Source of the DNA: a candidate division WOR-3 bacterium
GTDB taxonomy: Bacteria; Hydrothermota; Tepidihabitantia; Tepidihabitantales; Tepidihabitantaceae
DNA: 39,283 bases
Assembly (NCBI GenBank): GCA_965649205.1
Contig: CBFGJV010000021.1
Location: 1 to 39,283, forward strand
Direction of reading: 5' to 3'
Part shown: positions 17,181 to 27,945 of the stretch, one piece after another
Layout of the letters: each line of letters begins with the position of its first letter
How positions within the stretch are numbered: position 1 is the first letter of the stretch
Program-made: the position numbers and the translations under genes
The notes under the pieces: model-generated
The model's input: only the letters and a program-made list of their open reading frames with translations
Told to the model about the DNA's origin: nothing
Databases searched by the model: none

Positions 17181-19001
17181 ATGCACTGGCACGATATTGC
17201 CGCGGACGTTGAGGAGGGAAAACCGAGAGGAAAGGCCTCGCAGTATCTTGCCCGGCTGTGGCCTTTCTTTTCGCCCTATCTTGGTCGGGTGGCAGCTGCC
17301 GCTGTTCTCTTGGCGGTTTCCTCCGGTTTGGGGATGCTGGGGCCAGTTCTTCTGAAACGGGCAATAGATGTAAACATCAAGAACAATGACCTTGGTGGTT
17401 TGGGTATTACTTCGCTTCTGTATTTGGCGGTACAGGTCGCAGCGATACTGGCAGGCTATTTTCAAAGCATATGGCTGGCGCAGGTCGGAGAACGCGGCAC
17501 AGCAGACCTGAAGCAGAGACTATTTCAACACTTGCTGAATCTGCCCGTATCCTTTTTTGATCGGACGCCGGTGGGCAAGCTTATTTCGCGAGTGGAAAGC
17601 GATACCGAAGCCATCAAGATGCTTTTCACCCGCACTTCAGTGGTGCTGCTGCAGAGTGGACTCATGATAGTGGGAATGAGCGTCATTATGATACTGAACA
17701 GCTGGCGATTGTATCTTTTGGTGCTGGCACTGCTGCCTCCCTTTGTGGTTGCTTTCTGGTTGTTTCAAAAGAAGGTGCGGCCTGTGTACTTGGACATACG
17801 GAGGACGGTGGGCGAAACCAACAATCTTGTATCCGAATCGCTGCGGGGATTACCCGTCATACAACTTTTCACTCAGCAGCGCCGCTTTGCCCAGCGGATG
17901 GATGAATTAAACCGGTTGAAGTTTCGCCATGAACTGCGGGCGATGGTGTTGTGGAACATTAGCTGGTTTCTGGTCGACTTCGGCGATGTCATCGGCACAA
18001 CTTTGGTTCTGGGCATAGGTGGGGTGCTGGCACTGCAGGGTAGACTCACGGTTGGCACCCTGTTTCTTTTTGTTTCCTACATTGCCCGGTTGTTCGGACC
18101 TCTGCGCATGATTTCCGACCAGATTAATGTTATGCAACGAGCGTTTGCTTCGGCGGAGCGGTCGTTTCAGATTTTGGATAAGCCGGAAGAGGAAGCAAAT
18201 GAGAAGGGCGGGCGTCGGTCTTTGGGACAGACCTCTGGGCAACCCGTTGCGCGCTTGCATCTGCAGCGGGAGATTACCTGCGAGCATGTAGACTTTTCTT
18301 ATGACGGGCAGGTGTTTGTGCTGCATGACTTGAACCTGGTTGTGCGCAAAGGGGAGAAAGTGGCACTGGTGGGCGAGACCGGTGGCGGCAAAAGTACCAT
18401 AGTGAACTTACTGCTGAAGTTTTATCTGCAGCAGAGGGGGCGTATTGCCTACGACGGCGTCGACCTGCAACAGATAGAGCGGAAGCGGCTGCGGGCCGCA
18501 ATCGGATTTGTGCCCCAGGAGGTGGTGATGTTTCCCGGTACGGTGCTGGACAACCTCAGGATGCACGACGAGACGATTCCGGCCGAGACGGTGATCGAAG
18601 CGGCAAAGCGGGCGCGGATTCATGAAGCGATATTGAAGTTTGAGCGGGGTTATGATTCGGTGTTGACTGAGGGGGGAGCAAATTTTTCTCTGGGCGAAAG
18701 GCAGCTTTTGGCTTTTGCCCGGGCTTTGGTGCGAGATCCGGAGATATTGATTCTGGACGAGGCGACTTCGTCTGTTGACCCGCATACCGAGTATCTCATA
18801 CAGGAAGGGCTGGAGGAGCTGCTGCGGGGAAGAACGGCGATTATGGTCGCTCATCGGTTGGCCACTATCAGAATGGCAGACAGGATAGCAGTGGTACACA
18901 AGGGTCGGGTAGCAGAAGAGGGTACACATGGGGAATTGCTGGCCCGGGATGGGATATACTCCAGGCTATATCGTCTGCAGTACGTGGGAGAAGAGGGTTA
19001 G
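17181..19001 (+). CDS. ABC exporter, fused TMD-NBD, subunit 1 of a heterodimer (MdlB/TM288-like)
   Basis: Six-TM domain with 'FFDRTPVGKLISRVESD'. 'GETGGGKST', degenerate signature 'FSLGERQ', Walker B 'ILILDEATS'. Confidence 0.92.
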   Translation: MHWHDIAADVEEGKPRGKASQYLARLWPFFSPYLGRVAAAAVLLAVSSGLGMLGPVLLKRAIDVNIKNNDLGGLGITSLLYLAVQVAAILAGYFQSIWLAQVGERGTADLKQRLFQHLLNLPVSFFDRTPVGKLISRVESDTEAIKMLFTRTSVVLLQSGLMIVGMSVIMILNSWRLYLLVLALLPPFVVAFWLFQKKVRPVYLDIRRTVGETNNLVSESLRGLPVIQLFTQQRRFAQRMDELNRLKFRHELRAMVLWNISWFLVDFGDVIGTTLVLGIGGVLALQGRLTVGTLFLFVSYIARLFGPLRMISDQINVMQRAFASAERSFQILDKPEEEANEKGGRRSLGQTSGQPVARLHLQREITCEHVDFSYDGQVFVLHDLNLVVRKGEKVALVGETGGGKSTIVNLLLKFYLQQRGRIAYDGVDLQQIERKRLRAAIGFVPQEVVMFPGTVLDNLRMHDETIPAETVIEAAKRARIHEAILKFERGYDSVLTEGGANFSLGERQLLAFARALVRDPEILILDEATSSVDPHTEYLIQEGLEELLRGRTAIMVAHRLATIRMADRIAVVHKGRVAEEGTHGELLARDGIYSRLYRLQYVGEEG

Positions 19002-20786
19002 ATGACAGACCAGGTGCCAGGGCAGCAGAAAAATAAAGTCCGTAGGGAAAACAGTCTGCGGATAGTGTATGAGTTCTGGAAAGAACGGCCGGGATGGGCC
19101 CTGGGACTTGTGGCTGGCACAGTGGTGGCTACGGCACTTTCTTTAGCCTTTCCATACATTCTGCGCCTTATTGTAGATGCGATAAAATCGGGAGTGTCCC
19201 AGCAGCAGCTGCTGCGTTATGTGGCGCTGCTTTTTGGTCTGGGCGTGTTGCGAGTTTTGGGTGAAGTACTGATGCCTTTCATCCGCGGGCGTATCAACGA
19301 GCTTTACGCCTGGCGCGTACGCAATGAAGTGTTCCGCCGCATACTCGACACCGGACACAGCTTCCAGATGAAATATCCCAGCGGAGATGTGATGGAGAGG
19401 CTGGACCACGATATGAACGAGCTTTCTTTCTTTGCTTGCTCTGTAATCTTCCGGTTTGTAGGTGCGGTGCTGCTGGTGGTGTTTGCTCTGGCGATAATGG
19501 TGCGTATGCATCCACTTCTTACGTTGCTGGCAGTTCTGCCTACCGGTTTTGTCGTTTTGGGCTGGCTTAAGCTAGGGCCGAAGATGTATGCTCTTTTTAT
19601 GCAGTGGCGAGAGAAAATAGCCGAGGTGAACAACCAGCTTCAAGCGGCCTTCATGGGCATCAAACTGGTCAAGGCATTCGTGATGGAGGACAGGTTGGCG
19701 GCAAGATTTCGTCAGACTTTGGATAAGCGTGTGGATGTAGCTGTGCGCGAGGCGCGGATGGAGGCCCGCATAGAGATGTTCTACACCGCAATTGCCGAAA
19801 CAGCCGTTCTGCTTATTCTCTGGGTAGGTGGCCGGCTGGTGATGACAAATCCGAACTTTACATTGGGTAAGTTCGTGGCGTTCAACGCTTATGTCCTTAT
19901 GCTTTTAGGACCCATGTTTGACATTGGTCGGATGTTTGTGTCCGGGCGAAGGGCGCAGGGTACAGCCGAGCGCATAGAGGCGATGAGGCGGCATCCTCAG
20001 GAAGTAGAAGCCTTGCCTTTTGCCCAGCGGCCGCAACCGGCAGAGCTGCGCCTAGAAGGGGTGACTTTTGCCTACGCACCCGATAGCAGACCGGCGCTGC
20101 GGAATGTGACGATGTCATTTCCTCTGGGGAAAAAGGTGGGTATTGCCGGCACGGTAGGGTCGGGCAAGAGCACTGTTTTCCAGTTGCTTTTCCGTCTGGC
20201 TGACCCGCAGTCCGGCCGCGTAACCCTTGGCGGCAGGGATATACGAGAGTTTGCGTTGGACGAGTATCGCCGTTTGTTCGGATACGCGCCGCAGGAACCG
20301 ATGTTGTTCTCAGATACATTGCGCAACAATATAGCGTTTGGACGGGAAGAAGTGGATGAGGCCCGGCTGCGGTGGGTAGTGGAGATGGCGGCGCTGACGG
20401 AAGATCTGGCTGAGCTTCCGCGGGGATGGGATGAAATGCTAGGAGAGAGGGGTACGCGTCTGTCTGGTGGACAAAGGGGGCGAGTGGCCATAGCCCGGGC
20501 CTTGGCAGGAAAGCCGGCGGTGATTGTATTAGACGACGCTACTTCTGCGCTGGACGCCGAGACCGAACGGGAATTAGTAGGGCGGCTGATGCGGGAATTG
20601 AAGAATACCACAGTGATTATCGTTTCGCATCGCTTGAGCGTGCTGGCGGAGTGCGACCTTATTTATGTTCTGGACGAGGGAGAGGTGAAAGAACAGGGTA
20701 CCCATGAAGAACTGCTGGCGAAAAAAGGGCTGTACTGGAAGTTGTATCAGCGTCAACTTATCAGCGAAGAGCTGGCAAAGATGTGA
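19002..20786 (+). CDS. ABC exporter, fused TMD-NBD, subunit 2 of a heterodimer (MdlA/TM287-like)
   Basis: 'GTVGSGKST', 'LSGGQ', degenerate Walker B 'VIVLDDATS'. Starts immediately after the partner's stop. Confidence 0.92.
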   Translation: MTDQVPGQQKNKVRRENSLRIVYEFWKERPGWALGLVAGTVVATALSLAFPYILRLIVDAIKSGVSQQQLLRYVALLFGLGVLRVLGEVLMPFIRGRINELYAWRVRNEVFRRILDTGHSFQMKYPSGDVMERLDHDMNELSFFACSVIFRFVGAVLLVVFALAIMVRMHPLLTLLAVLPTGFVVLGWLKLGPKMYALFMQWREKIAEVNNQLQAAFMGIKLVKAFVMEDRLAARFRQTLDKRVDVAVREARMEARIEMFYTAIAETAVLLILWVGGRLVMTNPNFTLGKFVAFNAYVLMLLGPMFDIGRMFVSGRRAQGTAERIEAMRRHPQEVEALPFAQRPQPAELRLEGVTFAYAPDSRPALRNVTMSFPLGKKVGIAGTVGSGKSTVFQLLFRLADPQSGRVTLGGRDIREFALDEYRRLFGYAPQEPMLFSDTLRNNIAFGREEVDEARLRWVVEMAALTEDLAELPRGWDEMLGERGTRLSGGQRGRVAIARALAGKPAVIVLDDATSALDAETERELVGRLMRELKNTTVIIVSHRLSVLAECDLIYVLDEGEVKEQGTHEELLAKKGLYWKLYQRQLISEELAKM

Positions 20787-20882
20787 TGGAGAAAATCGGC
20801 TAGTGAGTTGTGGCGATGCGAGCAAACGCTACTTGACTTTGAGGCTTTTCTCGGTTGAATAGGCGCAAGTGTTTTAAAAATT

Positions 20883-22034
20883 ATGTATGCAAGAAGAAAC
20901 AGCAAGGCGAAGAACAACTACTGGCGAAAGCTGAGAAAAGCTCTTCCGCAGCTAGCAAAGAAACATGGCACGCCGCTTTTTGTGATTTCCCGCACACTTC
21001 TTCTGGAGCAGGCGGCTAAATTCCGGCGTCTTCTGCCGCGGGTGAAACCTTATTATGCGGTGAAAGCCAATCCACACCCGGCGGTGCTACGCACGTTGGC
21101 GCGAGCCGGATTCGGCTTCGATGTAGCTTCGGCTCCGGAAATAGAATGGGCTTTGGCCGCGGGTGCAAACCCCAAGGACCTGATTTACGCCAACACCAAC
21201 AAGCGACCACAAGACATCGCTTTTGCCGCCCGCAAGAAGGTAACACTGACAACATTTGATTCTGAGTATGAGTTGGCGAAGATTGCCGCGCATGCCTCAG
21301 GAACACAGGTGTTGGTGCGTACCAAAGTACCAAATGTGGGTTCGGTGGTGGAGCTGTCCTTGAAGTTCGGGGCCGAACCGGTGGACGTTATTCCGCTGCT
21401 GATAAAGGCCAAGCGATTGGGTTTGAATCCTCGCGGGATAGGCTTTCATGTAGGTTCGCAGTGTACTCATGGGGACAACTATCTGGAAGCGTTTGAGCTT
21501 GTGAAAATAATACTGACCGACGCCCGCCTCAAGCAGCTTCCTTTGGATATTGTGGATATCGGTGGCGGTTTTCCCATCACGCACTTTGCTTCTGAGGAGG
21601 ACTGGTTTGAGTCTATGGCACCGGCAATCAATATGGAGATGAACCGGCTGTTTGATGCCAGCATATCTATCATTGCCGAGCCAGGACGTGCCATAGTTGG
21701 GCCGGCTTGCATCCTGGTAATGTCTGTAATTGGTAAATCCATCCGCGGTAACAAGCACTGGTACTATCTGGATGACGGGGTTTACGGCTGCTTGTCTGGC
21801 ATTATCTACGACCATTGCAAGTACGAATATCATGTTTTCCGGAAAGGTCCTACGCAGCTTACGACGCTGGCAGGACCTACCTGTGATTCCATTGATATCA
21901 TTTCTACAAATGAGGAGCTACCTGAGCTTGGCATTGGCGATTTGGTCTATGCGGTGAATGCGGGGGCGTACACCCTGGCCAGTGCCACCAATTTCAATGG
22001 CATTCCGCCGGCCAAGGCGATTGTAGTTCCATAG
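20883..22034 (+). CDS. Type III PLP (alanine-racemase fold) ornithine/lysine/arginine decarboxylase
   Basis: 'YYAVKANP' (PLP lysine), 'FDVAS..EI', 'KFGA', 'FHVGSQ', 'DIGGGFP', 'IAEPGR', 'YYLDDGVYG', 'GPTCDSID', 'GAYT...TNFNG'. Confidence 0.92.
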   Translation: MYARRNSKAKNNYWRKLRKALPQLAKKHGTPLFVISRTLLLEQAAKFRRLLPRVKPYYAVKANPHPAVLRTLARAGFGFDVASAPEIEWALAAGANPKDLIYANTNKRPQDIAFAARKKVTLTTFDSEYELAKIAAHASGTQVLVRTKVPNVGSVVELSLKFGAEPVDVIPLLIKAKRLGLNPRGIGFHVGSQCTHGDNYLEAFELVKIILTDARLKQLPLDIVDIGGGFPITHFASEEDWFESMAPAINMEMNRLFDASISIIAEPGRAIVGPACILVMSVIGKSIRGNKHWYYLDDGVYGCLSGIIYDHCKYEYHVFRKGPTQLTTLAGPTCDSIDIISTNEELPELGIGDLVYAVNAGAYTLASATNFNGIPPAKAIVVP

Positions 22035-22048
22035 ATAAGGAGGTTGCG

Positions 22049-23215
22049 ATGAAACGAACCGGAAGAGTGCGACAAAATTTGTCTGACGTTCCAGACTGGT
22101 TACGTAAGCGTCGCTGTCCGCACAAGGCGCGCTACCTGTCCGGTCGTCGTATTCTGCCCAAGGGCATTACTGGTCGCGAAAGTTTGGAGTATTTGCTGGA
22201 GGAGACTTTTTTGGCGTACAATGCGGCTCGCCTGCGCGAAGGCTGCCAACTTTTCACAGAAAAGATGCTGGAACCGGATGTGACTGTGGGAATGAGCCTT
22301 GCGGGCGCCCTCACTCCTGCCGGTCTGGGCTGCTCCTGCCTGGTTCCACTTATCAAGGCAGGTTTCGTGGATTGGATAGTGGCCACCGGCGCGAATATGT
22401 ACCACGACTTGCATTTTGCTTTCAATCTACCCTTGCACGTAGGTACATTCATGGTAGATGACGCTGACCTGCGTCGCAATGATGTGGTTCGGATCTACGA
22501 TGTGCTTTTGGCTTACACTGATTGTCTTTGTCGGACGGACGAGATATTACGCGACATTCTGGTAAAGCCGGAATTTCAAAAGGAGATGGGTACGGCTGAG
22601 TTCTACTATCTTCTGGGACGCTACGCCGCAGAGTGGGAGGAAAAGAACGGTCTCAAGGAGGTTTCGGTTCTGGCCGCGGCCTATCGCTGTGGGGTACCCA
22701 TTCATACCAGCTCTCCAGGAGACTCTACTATTGGTATGAACATTGCCGGGCTGGAGCTCAAAGGGTTGAAGTTGCGCATTAATCCTTCTATTGACGTCAA
22801 TGAGACTACTTCCTATGTGCTTGATGCCAAACGTTCGGGTGGCAAATCCGGAGTGGTGCTCATTGGCGGCGGCTCACCCAAGAACTTCATGCTGCAGACT
22901 GAGCCGCAGATTCAAGAAGTATTGATGATCAAGGAATACGGTCAGGATTACTTTTTCCAGATAACCGATGCCCGGCCAGACACAGGCGGACTTTCTGGAG
23001 CTACGCCGCATGAAGCTGTGTCTTGGGGCAAGGTGGACCCGAATCGGCTGCCAGATGCGGTGGTATGCTATGTGGATTCCACTATTGGCCTGCCGATTCT
23101 CACTCATTATGCTCTGGCCCGGCACAAGAAGCGTAAGTTGCGTCGTCTCTATGATGCCCGGCCGGCATTAATGGAAAAATTACGCATGGAGTTTTTTGCC
23201 CATTCCCGGTTCTGA
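22049..23215 (+). CDS. Deoxyhypusine synthase-like protein (probable homospermidine synthase)
   Basis: AAGGAGG RBS. '[11 protein letters not shown]', 'IVATGAN.YHD', 'RIYDV', 'DSTIG', 'IGGGSPKNF', '[24 protein letters not shown]' (catalytic Lys retained). Confidence 0.9.
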   Translation: MKRTGRVRQNLSDVPDWLRKRRCPHKARYLSGRRILPKGITGRESLEYLLEETFLAYNAARLREGCQLFTEKMLEPDVTVGMSLAGALTPAGLGCSCLVPLIKAGFVDWIVATGANMYHDLHFAFNLPLHVGTFMVDDADLRRNDVVRIYDVLLAYTDCLCRTDEILRDILVKPEFQKEMGTAEFYYLLGRYAAEWEEKNGLKEVSVLAAAYRCGVPIHTSSPGDSTIGMNIAGLELKGLKLRINPSIDVNETTSYVLDAKRSGGKSGVVLIGGGSPKNFMLQTEPQIQEVLMIKEYGQDYFFQITDARPDTGGLSGATPHEAVSWGKVDPNRLPDAVVCYVDSTIGLPILTHYALARHKKRKLRRLYDARPALMEKLRMEFFAHSRF

Positions 23216-23239
23216 CGCCAAGTAGTGCGCAGGTAGGCT

Positions 23240-24598
23240 ATGCGACACTCGCGCATGCTGCTGCCTCTGCTTTTGCCAGAGATTCATGAGTTGATTCTGG
23301 CGAAGGACTGGCGGGCGTTGAAGGAAATACTGGCCACCTGGCCGGCTCCAGACCTGGCTGACTTGCTGGAAACGCTCAGCGTAGAAGATGCGCTGGTACT
23401 GTTCCGCATGTTGCCGGCCGAAGCTGCGGCCGATGTTTTTGGCGAGATGGAGCCGGAACGGCAGGAAGCGCTCTTGCGTTCGCTGAGCGAACAGCGGGTG
23501 AGGGACCTGGTACTGGAACTGTCTCCGGATGACCGAACGGAACTTTTTGAGGACCTGCCCCCTGCGCTTACTCAGAAACTGCTGAATCTGCTACCGCCCG
23601 AAGAAAGAAAGCAGGCTTTAGAGCTTCTAGGCTATCCGGAGAATAGTGTCGGGCGGCTGATGACGCCAGATTTTGTGGCGGTGAAGCCGGACTGGTCCGT
23701 CAGCAAAGCGATAGAGCACATTCGGGCGCATGGCCGCGACGCAGAGACGATTGATATGGTGTATGTGGTGGATGAGACAGGACGTCTATTGGATGACCTG
23801 CCCATCCGCCGCTTTGTTCTGGCCGAGCGAGACAAGACGGTGCAGGACCTGATGGACGGCAGTTTTGTTTCCATACTTGCCACCGCAGACCAGGAGGAAG
23901 CGGCCCGGCAGATGAAGCACTATAACCTTGTGGCTCTGCCGGTGACGAATCAGGCCGGTGCGCTTCTGGGCATAGTGACTTTTGATGACATATTTGAGGT
24001 TATCGAAGAGGAAACTACCGAGGACTTCCAGAAAGGGTCAGCAGTACAGCCTTTGGATATCAGCTATGCCGCCGCTTCGCCCTGGAAGTTGTACCGCAAA
24101 CGTATTGTCTGGTTGCTGGTGCTGCTCGTAGCCGATTTTTTGTCTTCTGGTATTATTGCCTATTTTGAGAAAGCGCTGCAGGCGGTCATTGCGCTTGCTT
24201 TCTACATACCTGTGCTTATCGATACGGGCGGCAATACGGCCAGCCAGGCGGCGACCCTGGTTACGCGAGCCTTAGCCACCGGAGAGCTTACGCTCCGGCG
24301 CTGGCTTCTGGTTGTGGGCAAGGAAATGGCCACGGGAGTTCTTATTGGTGTTACCATGGGTGCGGTATCGTTTCTGGGAGGTATTGTGGGGATGGGAGGG
24401 GTGCGGGTGGGTATGGTGGTGGGACTGGCAATGGCCGCACTCGCAATCTGGACGAATATTCTGGGTGGGTTGTTACCTATCCTTTGTACCAGGCTGAAAC
24501 TGGACCCGGCAGTGGTCAGCTCTCCTCTGTTGACGACTATAGCCGATTCAACCGGCTTGCTAATTTACTTTGGTATCGCTACGCTTATTCTGTTCTAA
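23240..24598 (+). CDS. mgtE: Magnesium transporter MgtE
   Basis: MgtE N-domain 'LSPDDRTEL', CBS pair 'YPENSVGRLMT...YVVD...LLGIVTFDD', 'DTGGNTASQAATLVTRALATGE', 'DPAVVSSPLLTTIADSTGLLIYF'. Confidence 0.96.
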   Translation: MRHSRMLLPLLLPEIHELILAKDWRALKEILATWPAPDLADLLETLSVEDALVLFRMLPAEAAADVFGEMEPERQEALLRSLSEQRVRDLVLELSPDDRTELFEDLPPALTQKLLNLLPPEERKQALELLGYPENSVGRLMTPDFVAVKPDWSVSKAIEHIRAHGRDAETIDMVYVVDETGRLLDDLPIRRFVLAERDKTVQDLMDGSFVSILATADQEEAARQMKHYNLVALPVTNQAGALLGIVTFDDIFEVIEEETTEDFQKGSAVQPLDISYAAASPWKLYRKRIVWLLVLLVADFLSSGIIAYFEKALQAVIALAFYIPVLIDTGGNTASQAATLVTRALATGELTLRRWLLVVGKEMATGVLIGVTMGAVSFLGGIVGMGGVRVGMVVGLAMAALAIWTNILGGLLPILCTRLKLDPAVVSSPLLTTIADSTGLLIYFGIATLILF

Positions 24599-24626
24599 GA
24601 GATAGCGAATCGAGAAAGGAGCTAGG

Positions 24627-25469
24627 ATGAGGAAAGTTATCCTGTTGTCACTGGTAGTTGCAGGTTTGTGGCACTTTTCTTGGGCTACGGTTCTGATAGG
24701 TCGCAGCGGGTCAGTGCTCAAGCCGAATAGTTTTTTTGTCTGGAGCAATTTCGGTTACAACAAGTGGGCTAAGGCTTATGACTGGTCAGCCGGGAAGTAT
24801 ATTGTTCCCCAGAACTTTCTTGCCCGGACTAATCTCTTTTGCGATTTGCTTATCTCTTATGGACTTCCGGCCAAGTTTGACATCGGCGGCCTGATACCGA
24901 TTGCTTACAAAACGCAGGGTACCTACAACTCTTTTGGTATGGGCGATATGATGCTGTTGGCTCGTTATGGTGCTCTGTCCAGCCCGGAGTTGCCGCTGAG
25001 ACTAGCTTTGGCTGCTGGGGTCAATCTCCCTACTGCGCCGAAGAATGCCCTACCTCCGCTGGGCGACCGTACCTTAGATATAGGATTGGGCGTATCTGCT
25101 CACACCACCTTTGCGGGTCCTTTTACCGGTCATGCTCGGCTGGGCTACTGGTTTAACGGCAAGGCAGACAGCATTACGCAATACGGCCGTATGGTGGAAT
25201 ATGCGCTGATTTTGGACTATGCGGTTAACCCCGAGATAATTCCGGAGCTGGCAATTTCCGGTTTATCTCTGGGGCAGACCGAAGTCAGGCGCAGGCCTGT
25301 GGCTAACACAGAAGTGCAGCAGCATGTAGTAAATCTGTTGCTGATGTGGAAACCAACCGGTCAGCTGGTAGTGCGACCCAAAGTTGCCCTGCCCCTGGAG
25401 TTTATGTGCAAGGGCAGCACGCTAGCGGCTTTTTATCTTGGGCTGGATATATTGGCAACCATACCTTAA
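24627..25469 (+). CDS. Exported protein, probable outer-membrane beta-barrel (MetA-pathway/phenol-degradation-like transporter)
   Basis: AAAGGAG RBS and a signal peptide. 'GMGDMMLLARY', 'GVNLPTA....PLGD...D.GLG', alternating aromatic/hydrophobic strands. Confidence 0.6.
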   Translation: MRKVILLSLVVAGLWHFSWATVLIGRSGSVLKPNSFFVWSNFGYNKWAKAYDWSAGKYIVPQNFLARTNLFCDLLISYGLPAKFDIGGLIPIAYKTQGTYNSFGMGDMMLLARYGALSSPELPLRLALAAGVNLPTAPKNALPPLGDRTLDIGLGVSAHTTFAGPFTGHARLGYWFNGKADSITQYGRMVEYALILDYAVNPEIIPELAISGLSLGQTEVRRRPVANTEVQQHVVNLLLMWKPTGQLVVRPKVALPLEFMCKGSTLAAFYLGLDILATIP

Positions 25470-25504
25470 GGCCGAAGAGATAAGTTCGAATTACGGGAGG
25501 AAAC

Positions 25505-25672
25505 ATGAGTTCCAAGAAAGGCGACATACTGGTTTGTAAGGAGTGTGGACTGGAGGTGACAGTAACCAAGTCGTGCGGTTGTGACGATAAGGATTGCGTC
25601 ATAATTTGTTGCGACAAACCGATGGAGAAGAAAGGTACGGAACAACCGCGTGGTTGTTGCTGCGGAGCATAA
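25505..25672 (+). CDS. 55-aa Cys-rich desulforedoxin-like/metallothionein-like protein (missed by the ORF track)
   Basis: GGAGG RBS 4 nt upstream. MSSKKGDILVCKECGLEVTVTKSCGCDDKDCVIICCDKPMEKKGTEQPRGCCCGA. Fills the gap between co-oriented genes. Confidence 0.85.
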   Translation: MSSKKGDILVCKECGLEVTVTKSCGCDDKDCVIICCDKPMEKKGTEQPRGCCCGA

Positions 25673-25715
25673 GGATAGTTGATAATCGAGCCAGAGCGGT
25701 ACATTTCCGGCTTTT

Positions 25716-26165
25716 ATGGCGGATAAAAGGGAACGCATTATTGACGCCAATCTTAATCGGTTGACCGAGGGGTTGAAGGTAGTGGAAGATGTGTTGCGTT
25801 TGGGAATGGAGAATGTCTCCCTGGTAAGCAAAGTACGCGCTCTGCGGGAGCAGATAGGAACAAAATGCCGCGGGTTGCGGCGGCAGGTACTGGCGAGCCG
25901 CGAGAGCGAGAATGACTTGGGACGGACAGACAAGTTTGACCGCACCAGACGCAGAAATCTGGAGGATGTACTGCTAGCGAATTTCAAACGAGCAGAGGAG
26001 GCGGCGCGAGTGCTGGAAGAAGTTCTGAAACTGGACCAGATGCGGCTGGCATCTATGTTCAAGGCAGTAAGGTTTCGGCTGTACGATTTGGAAAAGGAAA
26101 CGGTGAAGGCAGTTGCGGAACTGGGTGGAAAGGTTGGCAGGTCAGCGTCCAGAAACCGTTCTTGA
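25716..26165 (+). CDS. Stand-alone ThiD2-like domain (homolog of the N-terminal domain of cyanobacterial-type ThiE)
   Basis: 'RIIDANLNRLTEGLKVVEDVLR', 'R.SE.D.GR', 'ANFKRAEEAARVLEE..K', 'FKAVRF.LYDLEK'. Confidence 0.82.
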   Translation: MADKRERIIDANLNRLTEGLKVVEDVLRLGMENVSLVSKVRALREQIGTKCRGLRRQVLASRESENDLGRTDKFDRTRRRNLEDVLLANFKRAEEAARVLEEVLKLDQMRLASMFKAVRFRLYDLEKETVKAVAELGGKVGRSASRNRS

Positions 26166-26189
26166 CTTTGAGGGGGCCAGTTCTATACT
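26162..26189 (+). promoter_or_regulatory. recA promoter TTGACT-N16-TATACT
   Basis: Near-consensus boxes 27 nt upstream of the ATG. GGAGG RBS follows. Confidence 0.65.
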
Positions 26190-26216
26190 GGCCGTAAGTC
26201 TAACACCGGAGGAAAG

Positions 26217-27266
26217 ATGCCCAAAGACGAAAAGGAAGCAGCTCTAGTCAACGCCCTGGGTCAAATTGAGAAACAATTTGGAAAAGGCTCGGTAATGCGG
26301 CTGGGAGACGAAAGCGCCCGGGTGCCGGTGGAGGTTATTCCGACCGGTTCTTTGGGCTTGGACGCGGCACTGGGAATCGGGGGAGTTCCGCGGGGCAGAT
26401 TTGTGGAGATTTTCGGGCCGGAGGCTTCAGGAAAAACAACCTTGGCTTTGGAATTGATCGCCCAGTGTCAGAAACTGGGCGGGACCGCAGTCTTTATTGA
26501 CGCTGAGCATGCCATGGATCCGGCCTATGCGGAGAGGCTGGGAGTGGATATTGACCAGTTGCTGGTGTCGCAGCCAGATTCAGGTGAGCAGGCGCTGGAG
26601 ATAGCAGAGGTTCTTACGCGTTCGGGCGGGCTGGACCTTTTTGTGGTTGATTCAGTGGCTGCACTGGTGCCGAAGGCAGAAATTGAGGGTGAAATGGGTG
26701 ATGCTTTTGTTGGAGTGCAGGCACGGTTGATGTCCCAGGCTTTGCGCAAGCTGTCGGGAGTGGCTGCCAGGGCGAAGACCTGCGCCGTGTTTACCAATCA
26801 GATTAGGCATAAGATAGGGGTGATGTTCGGTTCGCCGGAGACTACACCCGGCGGACTGGCGTTGAAGTTCTATACTTCGGTGCGGCTGGACGTAAGGCGG
26901 GTTGCTTCTATCAAGAAGGGTGAGCAGGTCATTGGCGCCAGGACCCGGGTACGGGTAGTGAAGAACAAGCTGGCTCCGCCTTTCCGCGAAGCTGAGTTTG
27001 ACCTGATTTATGCAGAGGGCATATCCCGCTGCGGAGAGTTGGTTGACCTCGGGGTGGAACACGGCATCTTGACCAAGTCAGGTTCGTGGTATCTATATGG
27101 CGAGAAACGTATCGGTCAGGGGCGGGAAGCGGCGATAGACTACCTGAGAGAAAACAGCAAGGATGCAGAAAAGATAGAGATGGTTTTGCGCGAGAAGCTG
27201 GGAATTCCGAAGCCCAAGCCCTTCAAGCATGAAGGCCAGCCGGCTGAGTCAGCAAAAAAGAAATAG
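26217..27266 (+). CDS. recA: Recombinase RecA
   Basis: '[15 protein letters not shown]', 'GPEASGKTT', 'FIDAEHA', '[12 protein letters not shown]', 'VDSVAAL', '[11 protein letters not shown]', '[12 protein letters not shown]'. Confidence 0.98.
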   Translation: MPKDEKEAALVNALGQIEKQFGKGSVMRLGDESARVPVEVIPTGSLGLDAALGIGGVPRGRFVEIFGPEASGKTTLALELIAQCQKLGGTAVFIDAEHAMDPAYAERLGVDIDQLLVSQPDSGEQALEIAEVLTRSGGLDLFVVDSVAALVPKAEIEGEMGDAFVGVQARLMSQALRKLSGVAARAKTCAVFTNQIRHKIGVMFGSPETTPGGLALKFYTSVRLDVRRVASIKKGEQVIGARTRVRVVKNKLAPPFREAEFDLIYAEGISRCGELVDLGVEHGILTKSGSWYLYGEKRIGQGREAAIDYLRENSKDAEKIEMVLREKLGIPKPKPFKHEGQPAESAKKK

Positions 27267-27945
27267 AGCGGACGCCGGACCGCAGGAATCCGGAACTTCC
27301 CCGTCCGGTTCAGAAGAACAGTTTTCGATTACTGAGATTCGTCCCCAGCCCGGGAAAAAGGGACGACTGCAGGTTTATCTCGAGGGTTCCGGCGTTTTCA
27401 TTCTTACAGAAAAAGAGGTAGGGAAACTGGGGCTAGCCGTGGGGAAGAAACTGACGGCAGAGAAATTGGAGCAGTTGCGAGAGGCAGATGAGTTGCGCCG
27501 GGCAAAGGAGTATGCAACTTTGCTTCTATCCTATCGCAGCCGCACTCTCAGCGAGTTGCGTCAACGGCTGGCGCGGAAGGGTTTTTCCGAAACTACAATA
27601 GCGGCAGTTATGAAACGGCTGGCGGAGTTGAAGTTGGTGGACGATGCCCGGTTTGCGCAGGATTATGCTGAGGCGCGTATTCGTACTGCTGGACGCAGCA
27701 GGCGGCTGGTACAGGCAGAGTTGAACAAGTTGGGGGTAGGCAGAGCGGAGATAGAGGAAGCACTGGCCGCAGCCCCAGACGAATCTGTGGCGGCGCGAGC
27801 CCTGCTGGAAAAGGTGAAAAAACGTTACGCCGGGCTGGAAGAAAAGGTACGCAGACAAAGGCTTTTTTCCCTTCTGGCGCGGCGAGGTTTTTCTTATGAT
27901 ACCATAAGACGAGTTATGGGGATGGAAGATTATGAAGAAACGTAA
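27229..27945 (+). CDS. recX: Regulatory protein RecX (long form)
   Basis: Directly follows recA. '[19 protein letters not shown]', 'LVDDARFA', 'EL.KLGV', 'L.RRGFSYD.I'. Start uncertain. Confidence 0.88.
   Translation: MKASRLSQQKRNRADAGPQESGTSPSGSEEQFSITEIRPQPGKKGRLQVYLEGSGVFILTEKEVGKLGLAVGKKLTAEKLEQLREADELRRAKEYATLLLSYRSRTLSELRQRLARKGFSETTIAAVMKRLAELKLVDDARFAQDYAEARIRTAGRSRRLVQAELNKLGVGRAEIEEALAAAPDESVAARALLEKVKKRYAGLEEKVRRQRLFSLLARRGFSYDTIRRVMGMEDYEET

Noticed and set aside
17181..20786. Degenerate ABC motifs (FSLGE, LDDAT) as signs of pseudogenisation
   Set aside because: Asymmetric consensus and degenerate sites are normal for heterodimeric exporters.
20832..20844. Shared 13-mer CTTGACTTTGAGG before the decarboxylase gene and recA (26161) as a regulator site
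   Set aside because: It coincides with the -35 hexamer in both places. Two instances are not enough to claim a separate operator.
26140..26216. LexA box upstream of recA
   Set aside because: No match to CTGT-N8-ACAG, GAAC-N4-GTTC or GTTC-N7-GTTC.
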